Source of the DNA: Thermomicrobiales bacterium
Lineage (GTDB): Bacteria > Chloroflexota > Chloroflexia > Thermomicrobiales > UBA6265
Reading direction: 5' to 3'
Length of the DNA stretch: 46,922 bases
Assembly (NCBI GenBank): GCA_037721765.1
Contig: JBBJOE010000002.1
Coordinates: 1 to 46,922, forward strand
Notes under the pieces: model-generated
Databases searched by the model: none
Seen by the model: only the letters and a program-made list of their open reading frames with translations
What the model was told of the DNA's origin: nothing
Shown here: piece by piece, positions 8,761-18,260 of the stretch
Layout: each line of letters starts with the position of its first letter
Numbering within the stretch: position 1 is the first letter of the stretch
Program-made: the position numbers and the translations under genes

Positions 8761-9978
8761 ATGAGGAACCAGTTCGGCGATGCGGACGATGCCGGGGCCA
8801 AGCTCTGCCTCGGCCTGATCTCTGGCACCTCCGCCGACGGCATCGACGCCGCCCTGGTCGAGATAACGGGCGGCGGCGTGGACGCCGAGCTCCGTCTGGT
8901 CGCTGCCCATTCACTCCCCTACCCCGACGCGGTCCGGTCCGAACTCCTCGCGCTCTATGATCAGCCGGGGGATGCCATCGCCCGCCTGTGTTCCCTGAAT
9001 GTCGTGGTCGGAAACCTGTTCGCGGACGCCGCGCTGGCCCTCTGCGCCGGAGCGAACGTCGATCCGGCCTCTCTGCACGTCGTCGGCTCCCACGGCCAGA
9101 CCGTCTGGCACCAGCCCACCCACGACCCGCGGTGGCCGTTGTCGCGCCCATCGACGCTCCAGATCGGCGAGGCGGCGGTGATCGCCGAACGCCTGGGCGT
9201 GCCGGTGGTCTCCGATTTCCGCGTCGCCGACATGGCCGCCGGCGGACAGGGCGCCCCGCTGGCTCCCTATTTTGACTGGGTCGTCCTGCGTCACCCGGAA
9301 CGCCACCGGGCGATCCAGAACATCGGCGGCATCGGTAACGTCACGGACCTCCCCGCCGGTGCGGCCATCGACGAGGTCCGCGCGTTCGACACCGGCCCCG
9401 GCAACATCCTGATCGACGGCATGGTCACACTCCTCACCGACGGCCAGATGACCTACGACCGCGACGGGGCTCTCGCCGCCGGGGGAAAGGTGGACGAGGC
9501 GATCCTCGCCTCCCTACTTACAGATCCTTACCTGGCCATCTCGCCACCCAAGACGACCGGGCGAGAGGTCTACGGCATCCCGCTGTGCCGGGATATCCTC
9601 CGCGATGCCGGCCTGGCGGACCTCCGACTCGAAGACGACGCGTCACGGTCAAGGGATATCGCCGCTACGGTCACGGCCCTCACCGCCCGGTCGATCGCCG
9701 GGGCATATGAGCGATGGTTGCCCGGCCTCGACGAGGTCATCGTCGGCGGCGGCGGCGCCCGCAACCCGACCCTCCTCCGCATGCTGGCGGAAGCCGTCTC
9801 CCCCGTCCCGCTCACGACCCTCGACGAACACGGGATCGACAGCGAGGCCAAAGAGGCGATGTTCTTCGCTCTCATGGCCCACGATGCCCTCGCTGGTCGG
9901 CCGACCAACGTCCCGACCGCCACCGGCGCTCGGAAGGCCGTCCCGCTCGGTACGATCACCCTCGCTCACCCGCGTTGA
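8761..9978 (+). CDS. anmK: anhydro-N-acetylmuramic acid kinase
   Basis: Track ORF 8605..9978 trimmed to the ATG at 8761 (GGAGGA at 8746-8751; the longer form overlaps the MFS gene). LGLISGTSADGIDAALVE signature near the N-terminus, followed by QNIGGIGNV and FDTGPGN. Confidence 0.9.
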   Translation: MRNQFGDADDAGAKLCLGLISGTSADGIDAALVEITGGGVDAELRLVAAHSLPYPDAVRSELLALYDQPGDAIARLCSLNVVVGNLFADAALALCAGANVDPASLHVVGSHGQTVWHQPTHDPRWPLSRPSTLQIGEAAVIAERLGVPVVSDFRVADMAAGGQGAPLAPYFDWVVLRHPERHRAIQNIGGIGNVTDLPAGAAIDEVRAFDTGPGNILIDGMVTLLTDGQMTYDRDGALAAGGKVDEAILASLLTDPYLAISPPKTTGREVYGIPLCRDILRDAGLADLRLEDDASRSRDIAATVTALTARSIAGAYERWLPGLDEVIVGGGGARNPTLLRMLAEAVSPVPLTTLDEHGIDSEAKEAMFFALMAHDALAGRPTNVPTATGARKAVPLGTITLAHPR

Positions 9979-10074
9979 TCGCTCGACGCTGGTACGCTTA
10001 GATCTGCCGAGACGGCATGCGGTCGTGCCTTCTACGATTTGGACGCGAGGCGCTCGCGTGAGGAGAACGTCACC

Positions 10075-11646
10075 ATGACTCACCGGATCATCACCCGTCG
10101 CGACGCCATGAAGGTCGCGGCCGCCGGGGCTGCCCTGGGTGCCGTGGGGATCGTGCCAGCGGGACATGCCGGAGCCCAGGGGGGGACACCCGCCGCGTCA
10201 CCCGCTGGCGAGCTGACGATCGGCAAGGCGCAGGAGGCGGTCGGGTTCGATCCGGCCCTCATCACGGCGGCGTCGAGTTTCCAGGCGATCGCACCGGTCT
10301 ACGAGGGATTGGTGCGCTTCGATGCCCAGAACCAACCTCTGCCGGCCCTGGCCGAGAAGTGGGAGACCCCGGATGATACGACCTTCGTGTTCACCCTCCG
10401 CCAGAGTGTCACCTTCCACAACGGCCGGGCGCTGACGGCCTCGGACGTCAAGTACAGCCTGGAGCGGATCGCCAATCCGGACACCGCCTCCCCCTGGGCC
10501 AGCCAACTCGAACCGGTCGCCTCGATCGAGGCTCCTGATGACCGCACGGTCCGGATGACGCTCAGCCAACCCTATGGACCCCTCCTGGCAACGCTCGCCT
10601 CCGCGTGGGCGGTCATCGTTCCGCGGGAGGAAGTCGAGAAGACGGGCGACCTGCAGACGACCATGGTTGGGACCGGCGCGTTCCGGCTGAGCGAGTACGT
10701 CGCGGACACCCGGACCGTGATGACCGCGAACGAAGCCTATTGGGACCAGGGGCTGCCCATGCTCGGGCAAGTGACCTGGAGCATCCTGCCCGACGAGTCC
10801 GCCCGGCTGGCCGCGATCCGCACGGGCGAGATCGGCCTGACCACCCTGGCCGATGCCGCCTCGGTCGACCTGGCCGGGCAGAGCGACGGCGTCGTCGTGA
10901 TCAACCAGGAGACGACCGACTACTACCTGCTCGGTCTCAATACGCTCCAGGCCCCGTTCGACGATGTCGCCGTCCGGCAGGCGATCAGCCTGGCCGTCGA
11001 CCGGCAAGCGATCGTCGATACCGCGTTCTTCGGCAACGGCTCGGTGACCGGGCCGATCGTGCCGACGTTGGGCGAGTGGGCCTCGCCGGTCGATCAGCTC
11101 CCACTCTACGGTCGAGACCTCGACCGGGCTCGCCAACTTCTGGCCGAAGCGGGGTTCCCGGACGGCTTCTCGATGAGCATCGTCGCGTCGCCCCTCTATC
11201 CGGAGTTCATCAACATCGCCCTGATCGTGCAGCAGCAACTCCAGGAAGTCGGGATCGATGTCCAGCTCGACCAGGTCGAGTGGGGAACGTTCATCGAGCG
11301 GTGGCGAGCGCGCGATTTCCAATCGTTCGTCAGTTTCAACGGCAGCGGCAACGACCCCGACCGGGCCCTCTATCCGGTCTTTCACACCGGGGGTTCGGTC
11401 AACGCCTTCCAGTTCAGCGATCCCGAGGTGGACGCGTTGCTGGAGCAGGGCCGGACCACGCTCGACCCCGCCCAGCGACAGGAGATCTACCGCCAGGCCG
11501 AACAGCTGATCGCCGATGCGGCCCCCGGGATCTTCATCTCGACCCGCCTCGCTTACTTCGCCCATCGCGACGATGTCACCGGCTTCGAGCCAAACCCGAT
11601 CGATACCTGGGAAACGCTCAAGCGGACGGCGGTCACCGGTTCCTAG
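10075..11646 (+). CDS. ABC transporter substrate-binding protein, family 5 (peptide/nickel, DppA/OppA-like) with a Tat-like signal
   Basis: Track ORF trimmed to the ATG at 10075 (MTHRIITRRDAMKVAAAGAALGAVG). Family 5 blocks: LVRFD, W.TPDD.TF.F.LR..V.FH.G. Confidence 0.9.
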   Translation: MTHRIITRRDAMKVAAAGAALGAVGIVPAGHAGAQGGTPAASPAGELTIGKAQEAVGFDPALITAASSFQAIAPVYEGLVRFDAQNQPLPALAEKWETPDDTTFVFTLRQSVTFHNGRALTASDVKYSLERIANPDTASPWASQLEPVASIEAPDDRTVRMTLSQPYGPLLATLASAWAVIVPREEVEKTGDLQTTMVGTGAFRLSEYVADTRTVMTANEAYWDQGLPMLGQVTWSILPDESARLAAIRTGEIGLTTLADAASVDLAGQSDGVVVINQETTDYYLLGLNTLQAPFDDVAVRQAISLAVDRQAIVDTAFFGNGSVTGPIVPTLGEWASPVDQLPLYGRDLDRARQLLAEAGFPDGFSMSIVASPLYPEFINIALIVQQQLQEVGIDVQLDQVEWGTFIERWRARDFQSFVSFNGSGNDPDRALYPVFHTGGSVNAFQFSDPEVDALLEQGRTTLDPAQRQEIYRQAEQLIADAAPGIFISTRLAYFAHRDDVTGFEPNPIDTWETLKRTAVTGS

Positions 11647-11748
11647 CGAGCGCCCAACGTCCCGTCAGAGCCCGTGGGTTCTCGCCGATCGCGCCACGTC
11701 CGGTCGTTCGGTTGGCGAGACTCACGGGTTCACGGAGAATCGCCGGTC

Positions 11749-12702
11749 GTGTTGAGTTTCATCCTGCGCCGTGTCGTGACGGTCTTCGTGCCGACGCTGC
11801 TGGGGATCTCGGTCTTGGTCTTCGGGGCCATGCAGGCGATCCCCGGCGACTTCGTCGATGTCATGATCGGCCTCGGCCCCGATGTCTCCGACGAACAGCG
11901 CCGGGCCATCGCCCGCTCCTACGGATTGGACGCCCCGGTACCGGTCCAGTATGTCGTCTGGCTCGGCGACGCCGTGCGCGGAGACCTCGGCACATCGCTG
12001 CGGACCGGCCAGCCGGTCGCGCGAGAGATCGTCAATAGGCTGCCGGCGACGTTGGAACTCGCGGCCCTGGCGACGATCGCGTCGCTGCTGATCGCGGTCC
12101 CGGCCGGTGTCCTGGCGGCGGTTAACCGCAATGGTCCCATCGACCTGGTCGCCCGCCTAGGTGGACTGCTCGGCCTCTCGGTGCCGAACTTCCTGCTCGG
12201 GACGCTGCTGATCCTCTTCGTTTCCCTTCGCTGGCCGATCCTCCCCACGACCGGGTTCGTCCCGATCTCAGAAGGTCTCCTCGACAACCTGCGCTCGCTG
12301 GTCCTACCCTCCATCTCGCTCGGTGCCCTGCTCGCGGCATCGATCACCCGGATGACGCGTTCGGCACTGCTGGAGGAACTCGGCAAGGAATACCTCACCG
12401 TCGCCCGGGCCAAGGGATTGAGTAACCGGTCCGTCGTCCTGGGCCACGCGCTCCGGAACGCGCTCGTGCCGGTCATCACCGTCGTCGGTATCCAGACTGG
12501 CTATCTCCTCGGCGGCACGGTCATCATCGAGCAACTCTTCGCCATCCCCGGCATCGGGCGACTGGCCCTCGACGCCGTCCTCCAGCGAGACTACCCGCTG
12601 GTGCAGGGGACGACCCTCTTCATCGCCGGTAGCTTCGTGATGATCAATCTGCTGACCGATGTCGTCTACGGCCTCGTCGATCCCCGGATTCGTCGTCGAT
12701 GA
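11749..12702 (+). CDS. ABC transporter permease (DppB/OppB-like)
   Basis: Track ORF trimmed to the GTG at 11749 (fM-LSFILRRVVTVFVPTLLGISVLVF), with GGAGAA 9 nt upstream. Typical family N-terminus and EAA-loop region. Confidence 0.9.
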   Translation: MLSFILRRVVTVFVPTLLGISVLVFGAMQAIPGDFVDVMIGLGPDVSDEQRRAIARSYGLDAPVPVQYVVWLGDAVRGDLGTSLRTGQPVAREIVNRLPATLELAALATIASLLIAVPAGVLAAVNRNGPIDLVARLGGLLGLSVPNFLLGTLLILFVSLRWPILPTTGFVPISEGLLDNLRSLVLPSISLGALLAASITRMTRSALLEELGKEYLTVARAKGLSNRSVVLGHALRNALVPVITVVGIQTGYLLGGTVIIEQLFAIPGIGRLALDAVLQRDYPLVQGTTLFIAGSFVMINLLTDVVYGLVDPRIRRR

Positions 12703-13568
12703 CCGTCGGACGCACCGGTCGAACCCGAACCCTCGCGGCCGTGCGACGGGCCGGCCGGCGCAACCGGGCGGGCGTCGTGGCGGGACTCCTCCTGGTCATC
12801 CTCATCGTCGCGGCTTCCTTGGCACCATGGATTGCTCCCGAGGACCCCGTCACGATGTCACCGCTGGATCGCCTCCGTCCCCCGGGAGAAGGCGGTCTCC
12901 TCGGGGGTGATCTCTTCGGCCGGGACGTACTCAGCCGGGTCTTGCACGGCGCGCGTATCTCACTGGTCGTCGGTGCCTCGTCGGTGGTGGTCTCAGCCCT
13001 GATCGGAACGATCCTCGGTCTGGTGGCGGGCTACCTGGGCGGCTGGGTAGAGTACGTCGTCATGCGGATCATGGACGTGCTCTTCGCCTTTCCGTCCGTG
13101 CTCCTGGCGATCCTGATCGTGGCGATCTTCGAACCGGGATTCACGAGCATCGTCATCGCCATCGCCATCGTCTATACGCCCATCTTCGCCAGGGTGGTGC
13201 GAGGCTCGACATTGGCCCTCAAAGATGTCGAGTACGTCCGGGCGGCGGTGGCCTCCGGCGCCCCGCCGGGCCGCGTCATCGCGCGGCATCTCCTCCCCAA
13301 CGTCACCGCCCCGATCCTGGTCCAGATCACCCTCAGCCTGTCCGGGGCGATCATCCTCGAGGCAGCCCTCAGTTTCCTCGGCCTCGGCGCCGTGCCCCCT
13401 ACTCCCTCTCTCGGTTCGATGCTCAGCGAGAACAGGGTCTACATGGAGTTGGCACCGTGGACGGTCCTCTACCCCGGTCTCGCCCTGGCCCTGTTGGTCT
13501 TCGGCATCAACATCGTCGGCGATGCCATCCGGGACCTGATCGACCCTCGCCTACGCACCGAAGGTTGA
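12699..13568 (+). CDS. ABC transporter permease (DppC/OppC-like)
   Basis: ATGA overlap with the upstream permease. Typical DppC-like blocks: LLGGDLFGRDVLSRVLHGARISL, FAFPSVLLAI. Confidence 0.9.
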   Translation: MTVGRTGRTRTLAAVRRAGRRNRAGVVAGLLLVILIVAASLAPWIAPEDPVTMSPLDRLRPPGEGGLLGGDLFGRDVLSRVLHGARISLVVGASSVVVSALIGTILGLVAGYLGGWVEYVVMRIMDVLFAFPSVLLAILIVAIFEPGFTSIVIAIAIVYTPIFARVVRGSTLALKDVEYVRAAVASGAPPGRVIARHLLPNVTAPILVQITLSLSGAIILEAALSFLGLGAVPPTPSLGSMLSENRVYMELAPWTVLYPGLALALLVFGINIVGDAIRDLIDPRLRTEG

Positions 13569-13668
13569 CGGGCGCCCACCGCTGATTCACCTCGAGCATG
13601 GCGGTGGCACCGGCGGACACCATTCCTTGACCGGCTTCCCGTCTGCACACCGCCCCTGGACGGTCGGC

Positions 13669-13688
13669 TATACTCAATCATTGAGTAT
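13669..13688. promoter_or_regulatory. TATACT -10 box overlapping a perfect 19-bp AT-rich palindrome (candidate operator) upstream of moaA
   Basis: TATACT at 13669-13674. ATACTCAAT-C-ATTGAGTAT at 13670-13688 is a perfect 9+1+9 inverted repeat, about 50 nt upstream of the moaA ATG. It stands out in a GC-rich spacer. Confidence 0.5.
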
Positions 13689-13735
13689 GTCTCGTCGAAG
13701 CGGCGCCCGGGCGCGGCACCCGAGAGGATAAGCCC

Positions 13736-14779
13736 ATGGTCAGCCTCCTCGAACCGACCACCCATCCGCTCTCGTTGTCCGGTCACGGCTCACCCGTCAT
13801 CGCGCGAGATTCGTTCGGCCGGGCGATGACCTACCTCCGCATCTCGCTGACCGACCGGTGCAATTTTCGCTGCCTCTACTGTATGCCCGCGGTCGGCATG
13901 AAATTTCAACCCAAGGCGGAGATGCTCACCGACGACGAACTGCTCCGGGTGGTCCGGCTCTGCGGCGAGATCGGCTTCAACAAGCTGCGCTTGACCGGCG
14001 GCGAGCCGACGATCCGGCCGAACGTCGTCGAGTTGGTCCGCGCGATGAAACGATTCCCCGGCATCGAGGAACTCTCGATGACCACCAACGCCCTGCTGTT
14101 CAACCGCCTCGCCGAGCCGCTCAAGGAGGCCGGTCTGGACCGGGTCAACATCAGCATCGACACGCTCGATCCGGTCAAGTTCAAGTTCATGACTCGCGGT
14201 GGCCGCCTCGACCTGGTCTGGGAGGGCATCGAGGCGGCGGAGCGGGTCGGCCTGACGCCGGTCAAGTTGAACTCCGTCGTGGTCCGCGACCAGAATGACC
14301 GCGAGGTCGGGGACATGGCCGCCCTGACGATCGATCGCCCGTGGCAGGTCCGATTCCTGGAGATCATGCCCCTGGAGGGCGTCGGCGATGTCCACGACGC
14401 CAGTTTGGTCACCTCCGGCGAGACACTGGCCCGGTTGGAGGAACGTTTTGGCCCGCTGGAGCCGATCACCGCCGACGCGGCCGACCCCGCTCGCCTCTGG
14501 CGCATCCCCGGGGCGGCCGGGACGATCGGCTTCATCTCCCCGGTATCGGTACCGTTCTGCGCGACCTGCAACCGGGTCCGGCTGACCGCCGACGGCAAGC
14601 TTCGCCTCTGCCTCCTTCGCAATGACGAGGTCGACCTGCGCGATATGATGCGCGAGGGCGCCGGGGACGACGCTCTGCGGGCACAACTTCGAGCGGGTGT
14701 CTGGCGGAAGCCGTGGGGACACCTGTTGGCCGATGGCGTGCGGGACACGGTCCGGGGCATGTCCCAGATCGGCGGCTGA
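13736..14779 (+). CDS. moaA: GTP 3',8-cyclase (molybdenum cofactor biosynthesis protein A), radical SAM
   Basis: YLRISLTDRCNFRCLYCMP radical-SAM cluster motif. C-terminal CATCNRVRLTADGKLRLCL second-cluster motif. GAGAGGA RBS. Confidence 0.95.
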   Translation: MVSLLEPTTHPLSLSGHGSPVIARDSFGRAMTYLRISLTDRCNFRCLYCMPAVGMKFQPKAEMLTDDELLRVVRLCGEIGFNKLRLTGGEPTIRPNVVELVRAMKRFPGIEELSMTTNALLFNRLAEPLKEAGLDRVNISIDTLDPVKFKFMTRGGRLDLVWEGIEAAERVGLTPVKLNSVVVRDQNDREVGDMAALTIDRPWQVRFLEIMPLEGVGDVHDASLVTSGETLARLEERFGPLEPITADAADPARLWRIPGAAGTIGFISPVSVPFCATCNRVRLTADGKLRLCLLRNDEVDLRDMMREGAGDDALRAQLRAGVWRKPWGHLLADGVRDTVRGMSQIGG

Positions 14780-14831
14780 GCCGGACCTGGCGACCGGTTT
14801 TTCCCCGCCGCCGTTCAACAGGAGCGCGACC

Positions 14832-15827
14832 GTGTCATCTTCACCCTCCGCCGATCCTGGCAGGAGCCCCCTCGCTCGCGTCCTCGTCGGCGTACCCCTT
14901 TCGGAACCGATGCGTGACCGCTTGCGAGGCGAACACCCGGCGCTGGTCTTCGAGTTCTGGGAAGACGACGAGGGAGCGCGTGAGATCGGCGACGCCGACG
15001 CCTACGTGGGTTGGCAGGTGACGGGGGAACAAGTCCAGAACGCCGCGCGTCTCCGGTGGGTGCAGGCGATGTCCGCGGGGGTCGAGCACTTCCCGGCAGA
15101 GACGTTGAAGGAACGCGGGATCGTCGTCACCAATTCCAGCGGCGCTCACGCCATCAATATCGGCGAGCACGTCCTGGCGATGATGTTGGCATTCGCTCGC
15201 CAATTGCCATTGCTCGTCCGTGAGCAGGACCAACGGCGGTGGGACGCGCACGAGATGCGACAGCGCGTCTTCGAGTTGGAGGGCCAGACCCTGCTGGTCC
15301 TCGGGGCCGGGCAGATCGCCGAGGCGGTCGCTACCAGGGCGACCGGGTTCGGGATGCGCGTCGTCGGTGTCCGGCGCCGGGGCGACCAGCCGTCCCCGCC
15401 CGGTTTCGCCGAGGTCGCCACCTTCGACGGGCTCGATGATCTCCTCCCGACCGCGGATCACGTCGCGGTCTGCGTCCCGCTCACCGCCGCCACCCGGCAT
15501 ATGCTCGACGCTCGCCGGATCGGACTCATGAAGCCCGGCGCCCACATCTTCAACATCGGTCGCGGCGCCGTCATCGACCAGGAGGCCCTGATCGCGGCGC
15601 TGGGATCAGGCCAGATCGCGGGAGCCGGACTCGACGTGACCGACCCGGAACCGCTGCCGGCGGAGTCACCGCTCTGGGCGATGCCGAACGTGCTCATCAC
15701 GTCCCATACGTCTGGGGCGTCACCGCGGTACTTCGACCGCGCGCTCGCCATCGCGTCGGACAACATCACCCGTTGGCAGACCGGGCAGCCCCTCCGCAAT
15801 GTCGTGGATCTTGACCAGGGATATTGA
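14832..15827 (+). CDS. D-isomer-specific 2-hydroxyacid dehydrogenase family protein (NAD-binding)
   Basis: Track ORF 14697..15827 overlaps moaA. Trimmed to the GTG at 14832 (AGGAG at 14819-14823). LLVLGAGQIAEAVATRATGFGMRVVGVRR Rossmann motif. NIGRGAVID and ITSHTSG catalytic-region blocks. Confidence 0.85.
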   Translation: MSSSPSADPGRSPLARVLVGVPLSEPMRDRLRGEHPALVFEFWEDDEGAREIGDADAYVGWQVTGEQVQNAARLRWVQAMSAGVEHFPAETLKERGIVVTNSSGAHAINIGEHVLAMMLAFARQLPLLVREQDQRRWDAHEMRQRVFELEGQTLLVLGAGQIAEAVATRATGFGMRVVGVRRRGDQPSPPGFAEVATFDGLDDLLPTADHVAVCVPLTAATRHMLDARRIGLMKPGAHIFNIGRGAVIDQEALIAALGSGQIAGAGLDVTDPEPLPAESPLWAMPNVLITSHTSGASPRYFDRALAIASDNITRWQTGQPLRNVVDLDQGY

Positions 15828-15864
15828 TCGTCGCCCGCGTCCCGTCATGTCGAGTGCGACCGGA

Positions 15865-17079
15865 TCAGCCGTTCACGCCAGCCGCCGGGCCAAATCGGCA
15901 CGCCAGGACGCGATCGGTCCGGGCCAGCAGACCGTGTGGTGCGTGGTAGCCCGCGTCGAGCGCGGCGGTGATTGAACCCACATCCGCCGACCGGACGAGG
16001 GCCAGGACGCTGCCGCCTCCCCCCCCGCCCATCATTCGAGCCCCCGCCACGCCCGGTTGTCGAAGGAGCAGGGCGACCAACTCCTCGACCCGGGGATGGC
16101 TGACGTCATAGTCCCCGGCCGAGGAGCGGCCCGACTCGGACATCAGGCGGCCGAACTCTAACCAGTCTCCTCCCCGCAAGGACTTCGTCGCCATTGCCAC
16201 CCGGGCCGTCTCGCTGACGACGTGGGCCAGACGGGACAGCAGGACGGGCGGCAACGCCCCGGACCGCTCGACCGTCTCGTAGGCGGGCACGGACACGCGG
16301 GCCAGGTGACGATGGTTCTTCTTCAGAAGCGCGTTGACCCGGGCCAGTGTCTCGGCCGCCTCCCGGACCCGGTCGGGGTAGACCGACGCCGCCAGTGACC
16401 GGTCTACGCCCGAATCGGCGAGCAGGAAGGTAAACGCGCCGAGGTCGGGCCGGAGATGCCGGAACTCCGACGTGGCACCGTCGTAGAGGATCACGCCGCC
16501 GGCGACCGAGGCCGACTGGTCCATCGTGCCGCAGGGTGTACCGGCCCGGTGCTCGGCCTCCTGGGCGATCAGGACGACATCCAGATCGGAGGGCCGCGTC
16601 GCGGCCAGCGCCATCGTCAGGGCGACGCAGAGCGCCGCCGACGAACTGACCCCGAGTCCGAACGGCACGTCACCCGCGACGACCAGGCGGCTCGCGCCCG
16701 TCATCGACACGCCGCGCCCGGTCAAGGCCGCGACGACGCCGCGGGCATAGTCGGCCGGGACGATCTGGTTCCCAGAGCCACTCCATCCCGCCGTCGCCGT
16801 GACGTCGATCGATTCGATCCCGGACGCCCGGTCGGCGAAGACCACCTCGACGGTGCCCGGCGTGCCGGGGCCACCCAGCACCAAGGTCTGTCGGTCGATC
16901 GCGGCCGCCAGGACGGGTCCGCCGTTGTAGTCGAGGTGGTTCCCGATCAGCTCGATCCGGCCGCTCGCGCGCGCCAGCCGGGACATGGCCCAACTCGGGC
17001 CGAAGGAGGCCTGCCCCAGCTCCTCGGCCCGGCGCTCGATCGCCGCGAGCCTCGCGAATGGTTCGGGGACGTCCGTCAT
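15865..17079 (-). CDS. GHMP-family sugar kinase, galactokinase-like
   Basis: Track ORF trimmed to Met21 (ATGA overlap with the upstream gene at 17076-17079). Galactokinase signature GRIELIGNHLDYNGG. GHMP ATP motif VPFGLGVSSSAALCVAL. Confidence 0.8.
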   Translation of the reverse strand: MTDVPEPFARLAAIERRAEELGQASFGPSWAMSRLARASGRIELIGNHLDYNGGPVLAAAIDRQTLVLGGPGTPGTVEVVFADRASGIESIDVTATAGWSGSGNQIVPADYARGVVAALTGRGVSMTGASRLVVAGDVPFGLGVSSSAALCVALTMALAATRPSDLDVVLIAQEAEHRAGTPCGTMDQSASVAGGVILYDGATSEFRHLRPDLGAFTFLLADSGVDRSLAASVYPDRVREAAETLARVNALLKKNHRHLARVSVPAYETVERSGALPPVLLSRLAHVVSETARVAMATKSLRGGDWLEFGRLMSESGRSSAGDYDVSHPRVEELVALLLRQPGVAGARMMGGGGGGSVLALVRSADVGSITAALDAGYHAPHGLLARTDRVLACRFGPAAGVNG

Positions 17080-18230
17080 GCCCCTACGCCGGACAGGTCC
17101 AAGATGGCCGCCTTGCCCGTTTCCGCGTACGTGGGCCAAGCGGGATCGACGGTGACGATTTCGGGCCCGTCAGGCCCGGTGATGAAGGTGTCTTCGCTCT
17201 TCACCCCGACCAGAGATGGGTTCCAGGCGAACGCCTGATGCATGTGCACGACTCCGTCCGAAGCCAGCGTGACCCGGGTGTCGCGGCCGGTGTAGCCGGT
17301 CGAACCGCCCTGGTGATGATCGTGCCAGGCATCGGGTTCGCCGAGCGCCGCGTAGCCGCCGACGATGGCGTCCCGAAACACGTCTCGGAGGGGAACGCCG
17401 GGCACGGTCGCCAGCATGATGGCGTGGTCCATGGTCGAGATCGCCTCGTGCTTCCGTCTGGTCTCCTCTGGTAGGGGCGCCACGGCGACCATCCGGGTCA
17501 CGTTCGCCACCAGCCCCCATTTATGGGCGCAAAAGCTGACCATCGCCAGGCGCTCGATCGTCCGGTCGGAATAGAGCGCGTGGCGGTCCTCCCCGAGGCG
17601 GTCGTCTGAGCAGACGATGTCGACCTCTTGGGCGATGCCTAATCGCTTGAGACGACCGTGGGCCATCGCCACGACCTCCGCCTCCGGCATGCCGGGACGG
17701 ATCGTCCGGCAGACGTCGGATAGCACCCCCGTGGCCACCTCGCCGAGCCACCGGTATCGAACTCGCTCCCGTCCGGTCAACTCGGCCCGACAGGCGGCAA
17801 TGTCCCCGGTCATCAGCCGCGGTGCACCGCTTCGCCAGTCGAGAGCGGGCTCCGGGGAATCCGACCCCACCGGGCCGGAAACCAACTCGGCCACTGCCCG
17901 GGCCGGATCAGACTCGTGCCAGGGTTGGGCCAGGATATCGATCGGCAGGCCCGCGAACTCGTCGCGGGCTAGACGCGGGAGTTCGATGTTCTCTGTCACC
18001 AGCGTCGCCGTCTCGGGGGTCACCAAGAACCAGGCGACGCCGCCCTCGGCCTGGTGCCACACCTCGGAGCGCGATCCCTGGACGGCCGCGAGCGGTGCGT
18101 CGTCGGCCGGACCACTGCCGAGCCAGGCGACGTTGGAACGCGACCTCAAAACGAGACCCGACAATCCGTGAGACCTCATCAGTGCCCGCAGTCGTTCGTG
18201 CTTCGTCGCGAACTCCGTTCGCCTGTCCAC
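17076..18230 (-). CDS. M24 (creatinase/prolidase fold) homolog, apparently lacking several canonical metal ligands
   Basis: Track ORF. Creatinase/prolidase-type N-domain (HERLRALMRSHGLSGLVLRSRSNVAWL) and a pita-bread C-domain. By eye, the ligand positions read S/N/H/N/E instead of D/D/H/E/E. Confidence 0.7.
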   Translation of the reverse strand: MDRRTEFATKHERLRALMRSHGLSGLVLRSRSNVAWLGSGPADDAPLAAVQGSRSEVWHQAEGGVAWFLVTPETATLVTENIELPRLARDEFAGLPIDILAQPWHESDPARAVAELVSGPVGSDSPEPALDWRSGAPRLMTGDIAACRAELTGRERVRYRWLGEVATGVLSDVCRTIRPGMPEAEVVAMAHGRLKRLGIAQEVDIVCSDDRLGEDRHALYSDRTIERLAMVSFCAHKWGLVANVTRMVAVAPLPEETRRKHEAISTMDHAIMLATVPGVPLRDVFRDAIVGGYAALGEPDAWHDHHQGGSTGYTGRDTRVTLASDGVVHMHQAFAWNPSLVGVKSEDTFITGPDGPEIVTVDPAWPTYAETGKAAILDLSGVGA

Positions 18231-18260
18231 GGCGCCGTCCTCCCCGGGTAGCCCGACGGC

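Noticed and set aside
13569-13735. Possible Moco riboswitch upstream of moaA
   Set aside because: If TATACT at 13669 is the -10, the leader is only about 55 nt, too short for the Moco RNA motif (roughly 130 nt, as I recall). No conserved Moco blocks were recognised.
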